A DNA stretch of 64,000 bases, taken from Phycisphaerae bacterium (lineage in GTDB: Bacteria > Planctomycetota > Phycisphaerae > UBA1845 > Fen-1342). The stretch covers positions 5,971-69,970 of the forward strand of contig JAJVHV010000030.1 of the NCBI GenBank assembly GCA_022072445.1, given 5' to 3'. Below the pieces are notes generated by a model. It worked only from the letters and a program-made list of their open reading frames with translations. It was not told the DNA's origin and searched no databases. The translations under genes were made by a program, and so were the position numbers. This document shows, one piece after another, positions 10,452-20,022 of the stretch; the stretch's first letter is position 1; every line of letters starts with the position of its first letter.

Positions 10452-11380
10452 TGGGCGAGCACTTCGCCGACGCGCTGCTCGCCCGGATTCGGGAGCTGCG
10501 CGCCCCGGCCGCGGTCGGGCTCGATCCGCTCGCCGCGCGTCTGCCGCCCGAGCTGCGCGTCGACCCCGACGATGACGTCGCCGCCGCCGCCGCGTTCGAA
10601 GCCTTCGGCCGCGGCGTGATCGACACCGTCGCGCCGCTGGTCCCGGCGATCAAGATCAACTCCGCGTTCTTCGAAGCGCAGCACGAGCACGGCGTCGCGG
10701 CCTATTTCCGGCTGATCGCCCACGCCCGGCAGCGCGGCCTGCTGGTCATCGGCGACGTGAAGCGCGGCGACATCGGCTCAACCGCCGCACTCTACGCCCG
10801 CGGCCACCTCAGCGGCCGCGCGGCGCCCGACGCCGTCACGCTCGCCGGCTATCTGGGTGAAAACGCGGTCCGGCCGTTTGTCGACGTTTGCCGTGCCGAG
10901 CAGCGCGGCGTGTTCGTGCTCGTCCGACCGTCCGATCCGGGCGCTGACGAAGTTCACGAATTCGCAGGTGCTGCCGGTGCGACGCCCGGCTCGGCACGCC
11001 CGTTCTATCGTCACATGGCATCGCTGGTGGCGCGCTGGGGCAGCGACAGCGATCTGATCGGTCGGAGTGGGTACTCGTGCGTCGGCGCCGTGGTCGCGGC
11101 GAAGGACGCCGCCAGCACGCGCGCCCTGCGCGACGCCATGCCTGGCACGCTATTCCTGGTTCCCGGTTACGGCGCGCAGGGCGCTACCGCCGAAGCGTGC
11201 CGAAACTGCCTGAACGCCGACGGCCTGGGCGCGATCGTCAACGCGTCGCGCTCCGTCATCTTCGCCTACCTGGACGCCGGCGTCGCGGAGCGCGGCGGGG
11301 GCGACTGGCGCCGCTGCGTGCGGCTGGCGTGCGAAGATTTCGTCGCCGATCTACGCCGCGCGGGCCTGGCGCCCGCGTAG
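10451..11380 (+). CDS. pyrF: orotidine 5'-phosphate decarboxylase, type 2
   Basis: IKINSAFFEA...LLVIGDVKRGDIGSTA motifs. ATG at 10451 overlaps the bcp stop (TGATG). Confidence 0.85.
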   Translation: MGEHFADALLARIRELRAPAAVGLDPLAARLPPELRVDPDDDVAAAAAFEAFGRGVIDTVAPLVPAIKINSAFFEAQHEHGVAAYFRLIAHARQRGLLVIGDVKRGDIGSTAALYARGHLSGRAAPDAVTLAGYLGENAVRPFVDVCRAEQRGVFVLVRPSDPGADEVHEFAGAAGATPGSARPFYRHMASLVARWGSDSDLIGRSGYSCVGAVVAAKDAASTRALRDAMPGTLFLVPGYGAQGATAEACRNCLNADGLGAIVNASRSVIFAYLDAGVAERGGGDWRRCVRLACEDFVADLRRAGLAPA

Positions 11381-11462
11381 CACAGCCGCCCCGGCCGCGC
11401 TCCCACCTGCACGCTTGGGTGCTTGGGCGAGCCGCGGCACATCCACTCCAGGTAGCCGACCG

Positions 11463-12083
11463 TCAGAGCGCCGGAATCAGCTTCTTGCTCAGCAGATACT
11501 CGATGACCTGCGTGGCGGCGTCGGCGACGCTCATGGTGGTGTTGACGATGGTCAGCTCGGGCTTGAGCGGCGCTTCGTAAGGCGCCGAAATGCCGGTGAA
11601 CTCCTTGATCTCCCCGGCGCGGGCCTTCTTGTAAAGCCCCTTCGGATCGCGCGTCTCGCAGATTTCCACCGGTACGTCGACGTGCACCTCGACGAACGGC
11701 AGCTTACCTTCCTCGTGAATCTTCCGCACCAGGTCGCGATCCGCGCGATACGGGCTGATAAAGCTCGTCAGCGTGATCACGCCCGTGTCCGCAAAAAGCT
11801 TGGCCACCTCGCCGATGCGACGAATGTTCTCGGTGCGGTCTTCGGGCGAAAAGCCGAGGTTCTTGTTCAGGCCGTGGCGGATGTTGTCGCCGTCCAGCAC
11901 GTACGAGAGGTGGCCGCGTTCGACCAGTGCGTGTTCGACCGTGTAGGCGATCGTGCTCTTCCCGCTGCCCGACAGCCCGGTAAACCAGATCGTGGTTCCG
12001 CGCTGCTTGAGCATGCCGTAGCGCTGCTCGCGGTCGACGTGTCCGTGGTGCCAGGTGACGTTGGTGGCGGCGATCTTGGTCAT
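11463..12083 (-). CDS. cysC: adenylylsulfate (APS) kinase
   Basis: P-loop [27 protein letters not shown] and ISPYRADRD motifs. Start at ATG 12083 ([14 protein letters not shown]); the upstream in-frame extension is non-homologous. Confidence 0.85.
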   Translation of the reverse strand: MTKIAATNVTWHHGHVDREQRYGMLKQRGTTIWFTGLSGSGKSTIAYTVEHALVERGHLSYVLDGDNIRHGLNKNLGFSPEDRTENIRRIGEVAKLFADTGVITLTSFISPYRADRDLVRKIHEEGKLPFVEVHVDVPVEICETRDPKGLYKKARAGEIKEFTGISAPYEAPLKPELTIVNTTMSVADAATQVIEYLLSKKLIPAL

Positions 12084-12320
12084 GTGTGGGCTTCCGTTTC
12101 GGAATATCGGGTTTCGGGTCGAACGCGGTAGGATAGGCTGGCGACGAGTCGCCGACAACCATCGGCGGCGGGCGCCACGGCCCGCGCGTGCGCTGTCGCC
12201 GCACCCATCGGCACGTTCACCTGGGGCCGATAATCGGCGCGCCCGAATTCGGGTGATTGACCCGACACTTTGCCCGTCCGACAATGACACCGAAAGTCCG
12301 GGCGGAAACGGAGAGCACGC

Positions 12321-12536
12321 ATGAAGATGTTCCGGTCTCGTAAGTGGATCACGCTGTTGACGCTCGGGGCCGCGCTGCCGGCGATCGCCGCAAGCTGCAC
12401 CGAGGCCCAGTCGCTCGTGGGCGGCACGTCGTTCGACGCGCTGCGCGACAGCTTCAGCACCAGCGGACAGCAGGTCAGTCCGTCCGGGGTTCAACGGATA
12501 TCGGGCCTGCGCCTGATCGCGCCCAGCCGGCCGTAG
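12321..12536 (+). CDS. small secreted protein (signal peptide), unknown function
   Basis: [26 protein letters not shown]; followed by a strong hairpin terminator. Confidence 0.35.
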   Translation: MKMFRSRKWITLLTLGAALPAIAASCTEAQSLVGGTSFDALRDSFSTSGQQVSPSGVQRISGLRLIAPSRP

Positions 12537-12572
12537 GCGGCGGTCCGCAGCAGCTCGAGCGCTGAGAGAAGA

Positions 12573-12606
12573 AGCCGCGCCCATGGACGGGCGCGGCTTT
12601 CTTTCG
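12573..12606 (+). terminator. intrinsic terminator (possibly bidirectional, also 3' of the hsp20 at 12775)
   Basis: AGCCGCGCCC-atggac-GGGCGCGGCT followed by TTCTTTCG. Confidence 0.55.
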
Positions 12607-12774
12607 TCATCGCGGCACATCGTATCGGGTGGAATGCCCTTGATTGGGAAGCGGCATGCTCTCGCCGTCAGACGTGAACATGCGGTGTTCTGGGTGACAT
12701 GCTTACGCCCGGCGGCGAAAGCAAGCCACCCATGCCACTCAAGCCTAGTCCACCCACGCCGAATCCAACCGAGC

Positions 12775-13263
12775 CTACTCCGTCCGCACCTTGACGGTCT
12801 TCGGCTTGGCCCCGGCGCTCTTGCCGACGCGAATTGTCAGCACGCCGTCCTTGAATGACGCGTCGACGTCGTCGGCGTCCACGCCGCTCGGCAGGCGGAT
12901 ACTGCGCTGAAATCCGCCGAACTGCCGCTCGACGTAGTGGTAATTCTTCTGCTTCTCTTCGCGATCCGAGCGCTTTTCGCCGCGGACCGTCAGCACGTCG
13001 CCGCTGATCTCGACGTCGACGGCGTCTGGATTGACGCCCGGCAGCTCCATCGTGACCGTGACGGCGTCGGCCGTATCGGCCAGGTCGGTGCGCGGCATGG
13101 CGATCAAGTCCTCGTCGGCCTGCTCCCACGGCCAGGCGAACGGATCGCGCATGAAGCGCTCCAGGACGGACTCCATCTGGTCGCGCAGCAGCGACAGCGG
13201 CTGGTCAATCGGCGCCAGCGCGCTTCCTACCTCTCGCTTTCGTCTCCACGGAACGAGTTTCAT
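12775..13263 (-). CDS. Hsp20/alpha-crystallin family small heat-shock protein
   Basis: Alpha-crystallin domain: [38 protein letters not shown]...GVLTIRV. Confidence 0.85.
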   Translation of the reverse strand: MKLVPWRRKREVGSALAPIDQPLSLLRDQMESVLERFMRDPFAWPWEQADEDLIAMPRTDLADTADAVTVTMELPGVNPDAVDVEISGDVLTVRGEKRSDREEKQKNYHYVERQFGGFQRSIRLPSGVDADDVDASFKDGVLTIRVGKSAGAKPKTVKVRTE

Positions 13264-13348
13264 GTCGAACCTCCTTCCTCGTCAGTTCAGAACTGCGCTC
13301 CGGACAGCTCAGCCGGAGCATACGTCTGGTTCCTTGCGTGGTTGCATG

Positions 13349-13747
13349 TCACGTCGGCTTGACGGCAATCTTCCGCGGCCGAAGCGCGCGGACCTTCGGC
13401 AAATGAAGCGTCAGCACGCCGTCCTTCAGTTCGGCCTCGATCTTCTCGGCGTCAATTCCTTCGCCGATCGTGAAGGCACGATGAAAGTCCCCGACGCCGT
13501 ACTCGCGCCGCAGGTAGCGCGTTCCTGCTTCCTGCCGCGGCTTGACGGTGCCGCGGATCGTCAGTTCGCCGCGCTCGTAGCGCACGTCGACGCCCTCGCT
13601 GGATACGCCGGGCATGTCGGCCAGCAGCAGCAGCTCTTCGGGCGTCTCGACGATGTCAACGAAGGGCACGTAGGTCCGGCCAGCCTGCACGCGCTCGGGC
13701 TTGACGTCCTGGGCGCAGCACGCGTTGTTATTGTCATGTGTCGTCAT
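13349..13747 (-). CDS. Hsp20/alpha-crystallin family small heat-shock protein
   Basis: VDIVETPEELLLLADMPGVSSEGVDVRYERGELTIRG...GVLTLHLPK. Confidence 0.85.
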   Translation of the reverse strand: MTTHDNNNACCAQDVKPERVQAGRTYVPFVDIVETPEELLLLADMPGVSSEGVDVRYERGELTIRGTVKPRQEAGTRYLRREYGVGDFHRAFTIGEGIDAEKIEAELKDGVLTLHLPKVRALRPRKIAVKPT

Positions 13748-13795
13748 GGTAAATCTCTCCCGCGGGCGCGGCTTCGCCGCCGCCCGTTGTCCTGG

Positions 13796-14233
13796 TTAGT
13801 TGGTTCGCACCGTGATCTTCCGCGGCAGGGCCTCGGGCGACTTGGTCAGCCGCACGGTCAACACGCCGTCGCGCAGCGTCGCGTCGACGTGCTCCGGATC
13901 GACGCGGCAGGGCAGCGTCACGACGCGCGAGAACTCGCCGACGCCGCGCTCCCGTCGCTGATACGTCCGCTCGGCGCCGTCGTGCCGCTCGCGTGAGCCC
14001 TTGATGACGAGTTCGTCGCCGGCGGTGGTAATCTCCACGTCCTCGCGCCGCACGCCGGGGACTTCGGCCTCGATCATCACGCTCTGCTGATCTTCCCAGA
14101 CGTTGATGGCCGGGAACGTCGCCGCACCGCCGAGCTCCGTCGCGACCCGGAATCCGAGATCGTCGAAGAGCCGGCCCATCTGCCGCTGAAGATCGTCCAG
14201 CGGATTCCACAGCAGTGAATTCCTACGCAGCAT
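13796..14233 (-). CDS. Hsp20/alpha-crystallin family small heat-shock protein
   Basis: INVWEDQQSVMIEAEVPGVRREDVEITTAGDELVIKG...GVLTVRLTK. Confidence 0.85.
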   Translation of the reverse strand: MLRRNSLLWNPLDDLQRQMGRLFDDLGFRVATELGGAATFPAINVWEDQQSVMIEAEVPGVRREDVEITTAGDELVIKGSRERHDGAERTYQRRERGVGEFSRVVTLPCRVDPEHVDATLRDGVLTVRLTKSPEALPRKITVRTN

Positions 14234-14515
14234 CGGATGTTCTCCTTTCCGGTCATGCGTGCACGTCGCTGCGCGGGCTTATCATCCGCCGTGCCAGGTC
14301 GGTGTATTCACATAACTACTTATGTTGTAATAGGTTATGAGATTCTGAGCGGCGAAGGGCTTCGTCGCGGGGCTTGTCAATCTGGCAGCCTGGCAGGCAG
14401 TCGCACGGTCCGCGCCAGCAACCGCGCCGGCCACTACAATGCAGCGTTTCACCGCGCCGCGCAAGCGTGGCACGACGCGGCAGAATCGACCCGCGGCGAG
14501 AGCAACAGCGCAGAC

Positions 14516-16312
14516 ATGGACCCGGCCCGCATCCGCAACTTCTCGATCGTCGCGCACATCGACCACGGCAAGAGCACGCTCGCCGACCGCCTCCTGCAGC
14601 GCAGCGGCGCCGTGGCCGACCGCGACATGAAGGAGCAGATGCTCGATTCGATGGACCTGGAGCGCGAGCGCGGCATCACGATCAAAGCCAGCGCCGTCAC
14701 CATCTCGGTCACCGTCGACGGCCAGGAGCACATGCTCAATCTGATCGACACGCCCGGACACGTCGACTTTCATTACGAAGTGTCGCGGGCGCTGGCGGCG
14801 TGTGAAGGGGCGCTGCTCGTCGTCGACGCCACGCAGGGCGTCCAGGCCCAGACGGTGGCGAACGCCTACGCCGCCATCGCCGGCAACCTCGAGATCATCC
14901 CGGTGGTCAACAAGGTCGATCTGCCCGGCGCGCATCCGGAGGACACCGCCATCGAGATTGAGCACGTGCTGGGGATCGATTCCGGCCACGTGCAATTCGT
15001 GTCTGCCAAGACCGGCCTGGGGGTTGATGAGATGATTCGCGCGATCGTGCGGCACCTTCCGCCGCCGCGCGGCGACGCCGCGGCACCGCTTCAGGCGCTC
15101 GTATTCGACTCGATCTACGACGACTATCGCGGCGTGATCTGCTACATCCGGCTGTTCAACGGAACGATTCGCAAGGGGCAGAAGGTGCTGCTGATGGGCC
15201 GTGGGCGGCACTACGTGGTCACCGAGCTCGGCAAGCTCCGCCCGAAGATGTCGCCGATCGAGACGCTCGCCGCCGGCGAGGTCGGTTACGTCGTCGCGAA
15301 CATCAAGATGCTGCAGGACGTGACGGTGGGCGACACGATGACCGACGCGCTGACGCCGGCCGCCGAGCCGCTGCCGGGTTATCAGCCGCCCAAGCAGATG
15401 GTTTTCTGCGATTTTTATCCGGCGGGCGGGGAGGACTATTCGGAGTTGCGCGACGCACTGCAGCGGCTGAGCCTGAACGACGCGTCGTTCACGTTCGTCC
15501 CGGAGCACAGCGAGGCGCTCGGCTTTGGCTTCCGCTGCGGATTCCTGGGCCTGCTGCACATGGACATCGTGCAGGAGCGGCTGGAGCGGGAGGCGGGGAT
15601 CGACGTGGTGCAGACGGCGCCGTCGGTGACGTACGAAGTGCTGCTGAACGACGGCGCGCAGTTGCAGATCGACGCCGCCGGCGACCTGCCTTCGGCCGAC
15701 AAGTACCAGGAGCTGCGTGAGCCGATCGTCGAGGTGCAGTTGATTATTCCGGCCGACGCGGTGGGGGCGATCATGAAGCTGACCGAGCAGCGCCGCGGGG
15801 CCTACCGCAAGACCGAGTATCTTTCGACTTCGCGCGTGCTCATGACGTACCACATGCCCTTCAACGAGATTCTCTACGATTTCTATGACAAGCTCAAGAG
15901 CGTGACCCGCGGCTATGGGACGATGGACTACCACTTCATCGGCTACCAGGCCAGCGACCTGGTGAAGCTCGACATTCTGGTCAACAGCGTCGCCGTCGAC
16001 GCCCTTTCGGTCATTCTGCACCGCTCGAACGCCGAGCGCCGCGGGCGGCGCATCATCGCCCGCCTGCGTGAGGAGATCGACAAGCACCTGTTTGAAATTC
16101 CGCTTCAGGCCGCGATCGGCTCGCGCGTTATCGCCCGCGAGACCATCAAGGCCATGCGCAAGAACGTGACGGCGAAGTGCTATGGCGGCGACGTGACCCG
16201 CAAGCGCAAGCTGCTGGAGAAGCAGAAAGAGGGCAAGAAACGGATGAAGACGGTGGGGCGGGTGGATATTCCGCAGAAGGCGTTCATGACGGTGCTGGAG
16301 CCGGAGGAGTAG
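14516..16312 (+). CDS. lepA: elongation factor 4 (LepA)
   Basis: N-terminal NFSIVAHIDHGKSTLADRLL, G-domain and LepA C-terminal domain; ~598 aa from ATG 14516. Confidence 0.9.
   Translation: MDPARIRNFSIVAHIDHGKSTLADRLLQRSGAVADRDMKEQMLDSMDLERERGITIKASAVTISVTVDGQEHMLNLIDTPGHVDFHYEVSRALAACEGALLVVDATQGVQAQTVANAYAAIAGNLEIIPVVNKVDLPGAHPEDTAIEIEHVLGIDSGHVQFVSAKTGLGVDEMIRAIVRHLPPPRGDAAAPLQALVFDSIYDDYRGVICYIRLFNGTIRKGQKVLLMGRGRHYVVTELGKLRPKMSPIETLAAGEVGYVVANIKMLQDVTVGDTMTDALTPAAEPLPGYQPPKQMVFCDFYPAGGEDYSELRDALQRLSLNDASFTFVPEHSEALGFGFRCGFLGLLHMDIVQERLEREAGIDVVQTAPSVTYEVLLNDGAQLQIDAAGDLPSADKYQELREPIVEVQLIIPADAVGAIMKLTEQRRGAYRKTEYLSTSRVLMTYHMPFNEILYDFYDKLKSVTRGYGTMDYHFIGYQASDLVKLDILVNSVAVDALSVILHRSNAERRGRRIIARLREEIDKHLFEIPLQAAIGSRVIARETIKAMRKNVTAKCYGGDVTRKRKLLEKQKEGKKRMKTVGRVDIPQKAFMTVLEPEE
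16061..16312 (+). repeat. direct repeat copy 1 (3' end of lepA), 252 bp
   Basis: 249/252 identical to 17507-17758; the three differences are all synonymous in the lepA frame. Confidence 0.9.
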
Positions 16313-16350
16313 GCGGGCGTACTGTGCGATGTATCGGTGCAGGGAGGTGC

Positions 16351-16713
16351 GTGAATGAACCCGTCGGACTTCCTTATGATGCTGGCGGTGCTCCTTGGGC
16401 GGTTCTCGCGGTTCAGGTGCAGAAGTGGCTCGAGCTGCTTCGTGCGAGCAAACGTCGCCGTCACGAGCTCTTTCGGACTCTCATGACCACTCGAGCCAGT
16501 CGAATCTCACCGGCTCACGTCGAAGCCCTGAACATGATCGATCTAGACTTCGCCGCGGCTAACGACCGTGACAAAGCCGTTCGGATGCCTGGCGGGTCTA
16601 CCACGATCATTCGAACACGCCTGACGATGACAACGAATCGGTGGCCGGGCGATGAGCTGTTCGTCGAGCGCGGCAGCCGGCCCGCAGAGCACTGGCGATC
16701 CGAGGCAACGTAG
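16351..16713 (+). CDS. hypothetical protein inside the lepA-inserted island (start uncertain; ATG at 16483 is an alternative)
   Basis: Open frame only; no recognisable motifs. Confidence 0.25.
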   Translation: MNEPVGLPYDAGGAPWAVLAVQVQKWLELLRASKRRRHELFRTLMTTRASRISPAHVEALNMIDLDFAAANDRDKAVRMPGGSTTIIRTRLTMTTNRWPGDELFVERGSRPAEHWRSEAT

Positions 16714-16779
16714 GGCAGGGTGAACTGGAGCCAGGAGCGACGCTTCCTGAGCGCGGTAGAATAGTCTTGGAGAGTATCG

Positions 16780-17046
16780 ATGACCCTGCACATCCCGCTG
16801 ACGGCGGAATCGGAAGCCCGACTGCGCGAATACGCCGCCGCGGTCGGGAAGGACGTTACTAGCCTGGTTGCGGAGGCCATTGAGGAGAAGCTGTCCCTGC
16901 TCGACGGCGCGCGGGAAGCGCAACGGCGTCCGCGCACGACCGAAGAGTGGCTGGCGGAGTTCGACGCTTGGGTGGACAGCCACAAACCGGCCGGAAACGT
17001 CGCGGACGACAGCCGTGAGGGCATCTATGAGGGGCGCGGCGAGTGA
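16780..17046 (+). CDS. type II antitoxin, ribbon-helix-helix/VapB-like
   Basis: MTLHIPLTAESEARLREYAAAVGKDVTSLVAEAIEEKL has an RHH-like start; stop overlaps the downstream PIN gene start (GTGA). Confidence 0.6.
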   Translation: MTLHIPLTAESEARLREYAAAVGKDVTSLVAEAIEEKLSLLDGAREAQRRPRTTEEWLAEFDAWVDSHKPAGNVADDSREGIYEGRGE

Positions 17047-17501
17047 GAACGCTGCTGGACACCAACGTGCTCGCGCGCATCATCCAGAAATCTCATCCGC
17101 AGCACGAGGCCGCGCGGCGTTCGGTGCGCATCCTGCGAGCGCGTGACGGCGAATTGTGCATCGTCCCGCAAGTGCTCTACGAACTGTGGGTCGTCTGCAC
17201 GAAACCGGCAGGCTCCAATGGGATCGGCCTCAGCATCGCGTCCACACGGGCCGAAATGGCGTCGATCCTGCGATTCACCACGCTGTTTCGCGACGAGCGG
17301 GCGATCTTTGAGCACTGGGACCGCCTGGTCGCCACGCACGACGTGAAGGGCAAGTCCGCTCACGACGCACGGCTGGTGGCCGCCATGTTGCGGCACAAGT
17401 TGACGCACATCCTCACCTTCAACACAGGTGATTTTCGCCGCTACCCAGAGATCGAAGTTCTAACGCCCGCAACGATTGTTAGCGACGCGAGCCGCGGATG
17501 A
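17043..17501 (+). CDS. PIN-domain toxin (VapC family)
   Basis: LLDTNVL motif at the N-terminus (first PIN acidic residue); further acidic residues spaced as in PIN; GTG start coupled to the antitoxin. Confidence 0.75.
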   Translation: MRTLLDTNVLARIIQKSHPQHEAARRSVRILRARDGELCIVPQVLYELWVVCTKPAGSNGIGLSIASTRAEMASILRFTTLFRDERAIFEHWDRLVATHDVKGKSAHDARLVAAMLRHKLTHILTFNTGDFRRYPEIEVLTPATIVSDASRG

Positions 17502-17506
17502 AGGGA

Positions 17507-17758
17507 CGCCTGCGTGAGGAGATCGACAAGCACCTGTTTGAAATTCCGCTTCAGGCCGCGATCGGCTCGCGCGTTATCGCCCGCGAGACCATCAAGGCCA
17601 TGCGCAAGAACGTGACGGCGAAGTGCTATGGCGGCGACGTGACGCGGAAGCGCAAGTTGCTGGAGAAGCAGAAAGAGGGCAAGAAACGGATGAAGACGGT
17701 GGGGCGGGTGGATATTCCGCAGAAGGCGTTCATGACGGTGCTGGAGCCGGAGGAGTAG
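17507..17758 (+). pseudogene. orphan duplicate of the lepA 3'-terminal 84 codons (direct repeat copy 2)
   Basis: Encodes [16 protein letters not shown]...TVLEPEE, identical in protein sequence to the LepA C-terminus; no upstream lepA body. Confidence 0.7.
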
Positions 17759-17815
17759 CTCCCGGCGATTGTTCTGCCCGGAATCACTATCCTCGACCGT
17801 CCCTCCGCCGATAGA

Positions 17816-18046
17816 ATGGAAATGATGCCAGCCGAGCTTACGATCATCTACGAGCGCGGTGCCGAGGGTCGGTGGGTCGCAACCATCCCCGAAGTACCCG
17901 GCGCGTTCTCTCAGGGCAAGACCAAGGCCGAGGCCCGCGAGAACGTGTTGGACGCACTCAGCGAGTTGATGCTCGCGCGCCGAGATCGGGCGCTGCGAGA
18001 ACGCACCAGTTCCGGTGACGTCGAGACGGTGCCGCTGGCCGGTTAG
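17816..18046 (+). CDS. HicB-family type II antitoxin-like protein (orphan)
   Basis: LTIIYERGAEGRWVATIPEVPGAFSQGKTKAEARENVLDALSELM is the HicB/UPF0150 signature; no hicA is adjacent. Confidence 0.55.
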   Translation: MEMMPAELTIIYERGAEGRWVATIPEVPGAFSQGKTKAEARENVLDALSELMLARRDRALRERTSSGDVETVPLAG

Positions 18047-18204
18047 CGCTCCGCGGGTGGGTCGATCCTTCCCGCAGCAATTCGCAGCCTTGTTTGCGCA
18101 AATGTCGGACGAGCCTGGCGCGCTTCATACGTCCCTACATGGTCTCGCGGCTGCGGCGCGGCCTCTCGGCACCAGGACGCCTCCGCGCTGCTGCGCGCGG
18201 CAAC

Positions 18205-18741
18205 TCACACGTCACGTGTCGCAAGGTATGCGGCTCGCACCCGCTCCTCCACCGCCGGCCACCACAGCCGCTCCTCCGCCCCGAAAAACCGCCGCAATTC
18301 AGCATCGACCCGCCGCCCGCTCGTCCGATCAAGAATCGGCGGACACTCCGGCAGCGGCAACGGCTCGTCCGGATCGAGTTCGAGCGTCTCCAGATACTCT
18401 GGCCACTGAACCTCGAGCGCGCCCCACGCAAACAACCGCCGCGCCCCGCGATCGAGCCGCAGCTCGATTCCCTCGTCGCCAATCCACACGCCAATCGACT
18501 CTGGCCACGCCGCCAGGAGCAGCCAGCGCACGCCGCGCAGCGCCAGCACTCCCGCGGCCAGAGCGGGTACCTGCAGCAGCCAGGCAATCGCGAGGTTGGA
18601 GTAGCGATCCGCGGCGGTTCCCACGTCGAACCGCAGGCCGCGCACGATGAGGTAGACCGGCAGTAGCGCCGCCGCCGCGAGAGCGAGGTACACCACGCCG
18701 CGGGTCGCGAAGGTCGCCCGGCTGATGGGCAGGTGCAGCAT
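18205..18741 (-). CDS. hypothetical membrane protein
   Basis: Two or three hydrophobic helices at the N-terminus; start set at MLHLPISRATF. Confidence 0.4.
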   Translation of the reverse strand: MLHLPISRATFATRGVVYLALAAAALLPVYLIVRGLRFDVGTAADRYSNLAIAWLLQVPALAAGVLALRGVRWLLLAAWPESIGVWIGDEGIELRLDRGARRLFAWGALEVQWPEYLETLELDPDEPLPLPECPPILDRTSGRRVDAELRRFFGAEERLWWPAVEERVRAAYLATRDV

Positions 18742-18751
18742 GGCTGCGGGC

Positions 18752-19855
18752 TCAGATCGCCACAAGCTGCCCGGCCGCAGAATCGCGGCGTGCGGGCTCC
18801 GGGTTCCCCATCAGGTCCAGCAGGCTCGGAAGATACTCGGTCATCCGCGCGATCCCCGCAGGCGCCTGTCCCGTCTCCGCCAGCAGTCGCTGGTTGTCGT
18901 ACACCACGTTCATGTTCAGAAAGGGCAGGTAGGGCCGCATGCGGTGAAACGTCATGCGCTGACTCGGAGTGCGGACGTGCTCGCGATGGGTGCTGCCGGT
19001 CCAGGCTTCCGGTGCGATCAACCGCAGTGCCTCCGTGCGGCCGAAATAGCGGTCGACGACACGCCCGATTTCGCCGCACGACGCCGAGCGCGCCTCGCCG
19101 GCCGACACGTGGTAGGTGTCGAACGCGGTCGCGCGGCGCGTCGCCAGGTCGGCGATCGCGTCGGCGACGAACCCGACCGGCACGATGTCGAGCCGCGAGC
19201 GCGGATCGACGGGCAGCGCCGGCATCTGGTTCAGCAGCGGAATGAACCACAGAATGGTCCGCGCGAAAGCACGGTCGTGGAGTCCCTTGCTCAGAATGAT
19301 CGATGGTTTCAGCACGAGAAACGGCAACCCGCTGGCGCGAACCGTTTCCTCCGCCTCTGCTTTGGTTCGTGTGTACGCGTTCCAGTGTCCACCGGCCGTG
19401 GCCGCCTCGTCCTCTCCCAGGCAGCGATTTCGCACGGCCCCCACGCTGTACGCCGTGCCGACGTACGCGATCCGCACCAGCCGCCGGCAGTTGCGCGCGA
19501 AGTCGACGACGTGCTGCACGCCGGACAGGTTTGTCGTCCGACACTTTTGCTCGTGCGTGAACGACAGTTCGGCCGCCGCGTGGATGATGAGGTCGAGCTC
19601 GGCGCGCAGCTCGCCGGAGTCGGCGGCCGAGAGACCGAGCCCGGGCTGCGTGACGTCGCCCGCGACGGCGGTCGCGGACCGCGCGCTGTGCAGGCCGGAG
19701 CGCGCCAGCCGCTGCGCGATTCGCGCCGCTGGATCGCGCCCGTTGCGGGGCCGCACGAGCGTCCAGACGCGGTGCCCGCGCGCCAGCAGCCTTGGCAGCA
19801 GTTCGCCCCCCAGCAGCCCGGTTGCACCGGTCAGGAGGATGTTGGACTGGTTCAT
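18752..19855 (-). CDS. NAD-dependent epimerase/dehydratase-like SDR (fatty-acyl/thioester reductase-like)
   Basis: Rossmann motif ILLTGATGLLGGELLPRLL and a YxxxK-type region (YTRTK). Confidence 0.75.
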   Translation of the reverse strand: MNQSNILLTGATGLLGGELLPRLLARGHRVWTLVRPRNGRDPAARIAQRLARSGLHSARSATAVAGDVTQPGLGLSAADSGELRAELDLIIHAAAELSFTHEQKCRTTNLSGVQHVVDFARNCRRLVRIAYVGTAYSVGAVRNRCLGEDEAATAGGHWNAYTRTKAEAEETVRASGLPFLVLKPSIILSKGLHDRAFARTILWFIPLLNQMPALPVDPRSRLDIVPVGFVADAIADLATRRATAFDTYHVSAGEARSASCGEIGRVVDRYFGRTEALRLIAPEAWTGSTHREHVRTPSQRMTFHRMRPYLPFLNMNVVYDNQRLLAETGQAPAGIARMTEYLPSLLDLMGNPEPARRDSAAGQLVAI

Positions 19856-20022
19856 CGGGTGCGATCCTCGAACGGGATCTCACATCGCACGCACACCGAT
19901 GATCGCCCGTGTCTGATTGAATGCTGGTTGGAGCATGGCCGTAACGAACACGGCCGCGCCAACACCCCGACCGTAATGCAGCCGAGCGCGAAACGCAACG
20001 TCCCGGCCGCGGCCGGCGCCGA

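Larger units (their letters stand above)
16313..17506 (+). mobile_element. putative integrated mini-island carrying a VapBC module, inserted at the lepA 3' end
   Basis: 1.2 kb of foreign-looking DNA bounded by the 252-bp direct repeat; no integrase present, so possibly a remnant. Confidence 0.45.

Noticed and set aside
12583-12858. 91-aa plus-strand ORF overlapping the 3' end of the first hsp20
   Set aside because: Overlaps the terminator and the hsp20 coding sequence in antisense; no motif.
17498-17758. Stand-alone 86-aa [13 protein letters not shown]...
   Set aside because: It is the duplicated lepA 3' fragment and lacks its own translational context. Treated as a displaced gene fragment or direct repeat, not an independent gene.
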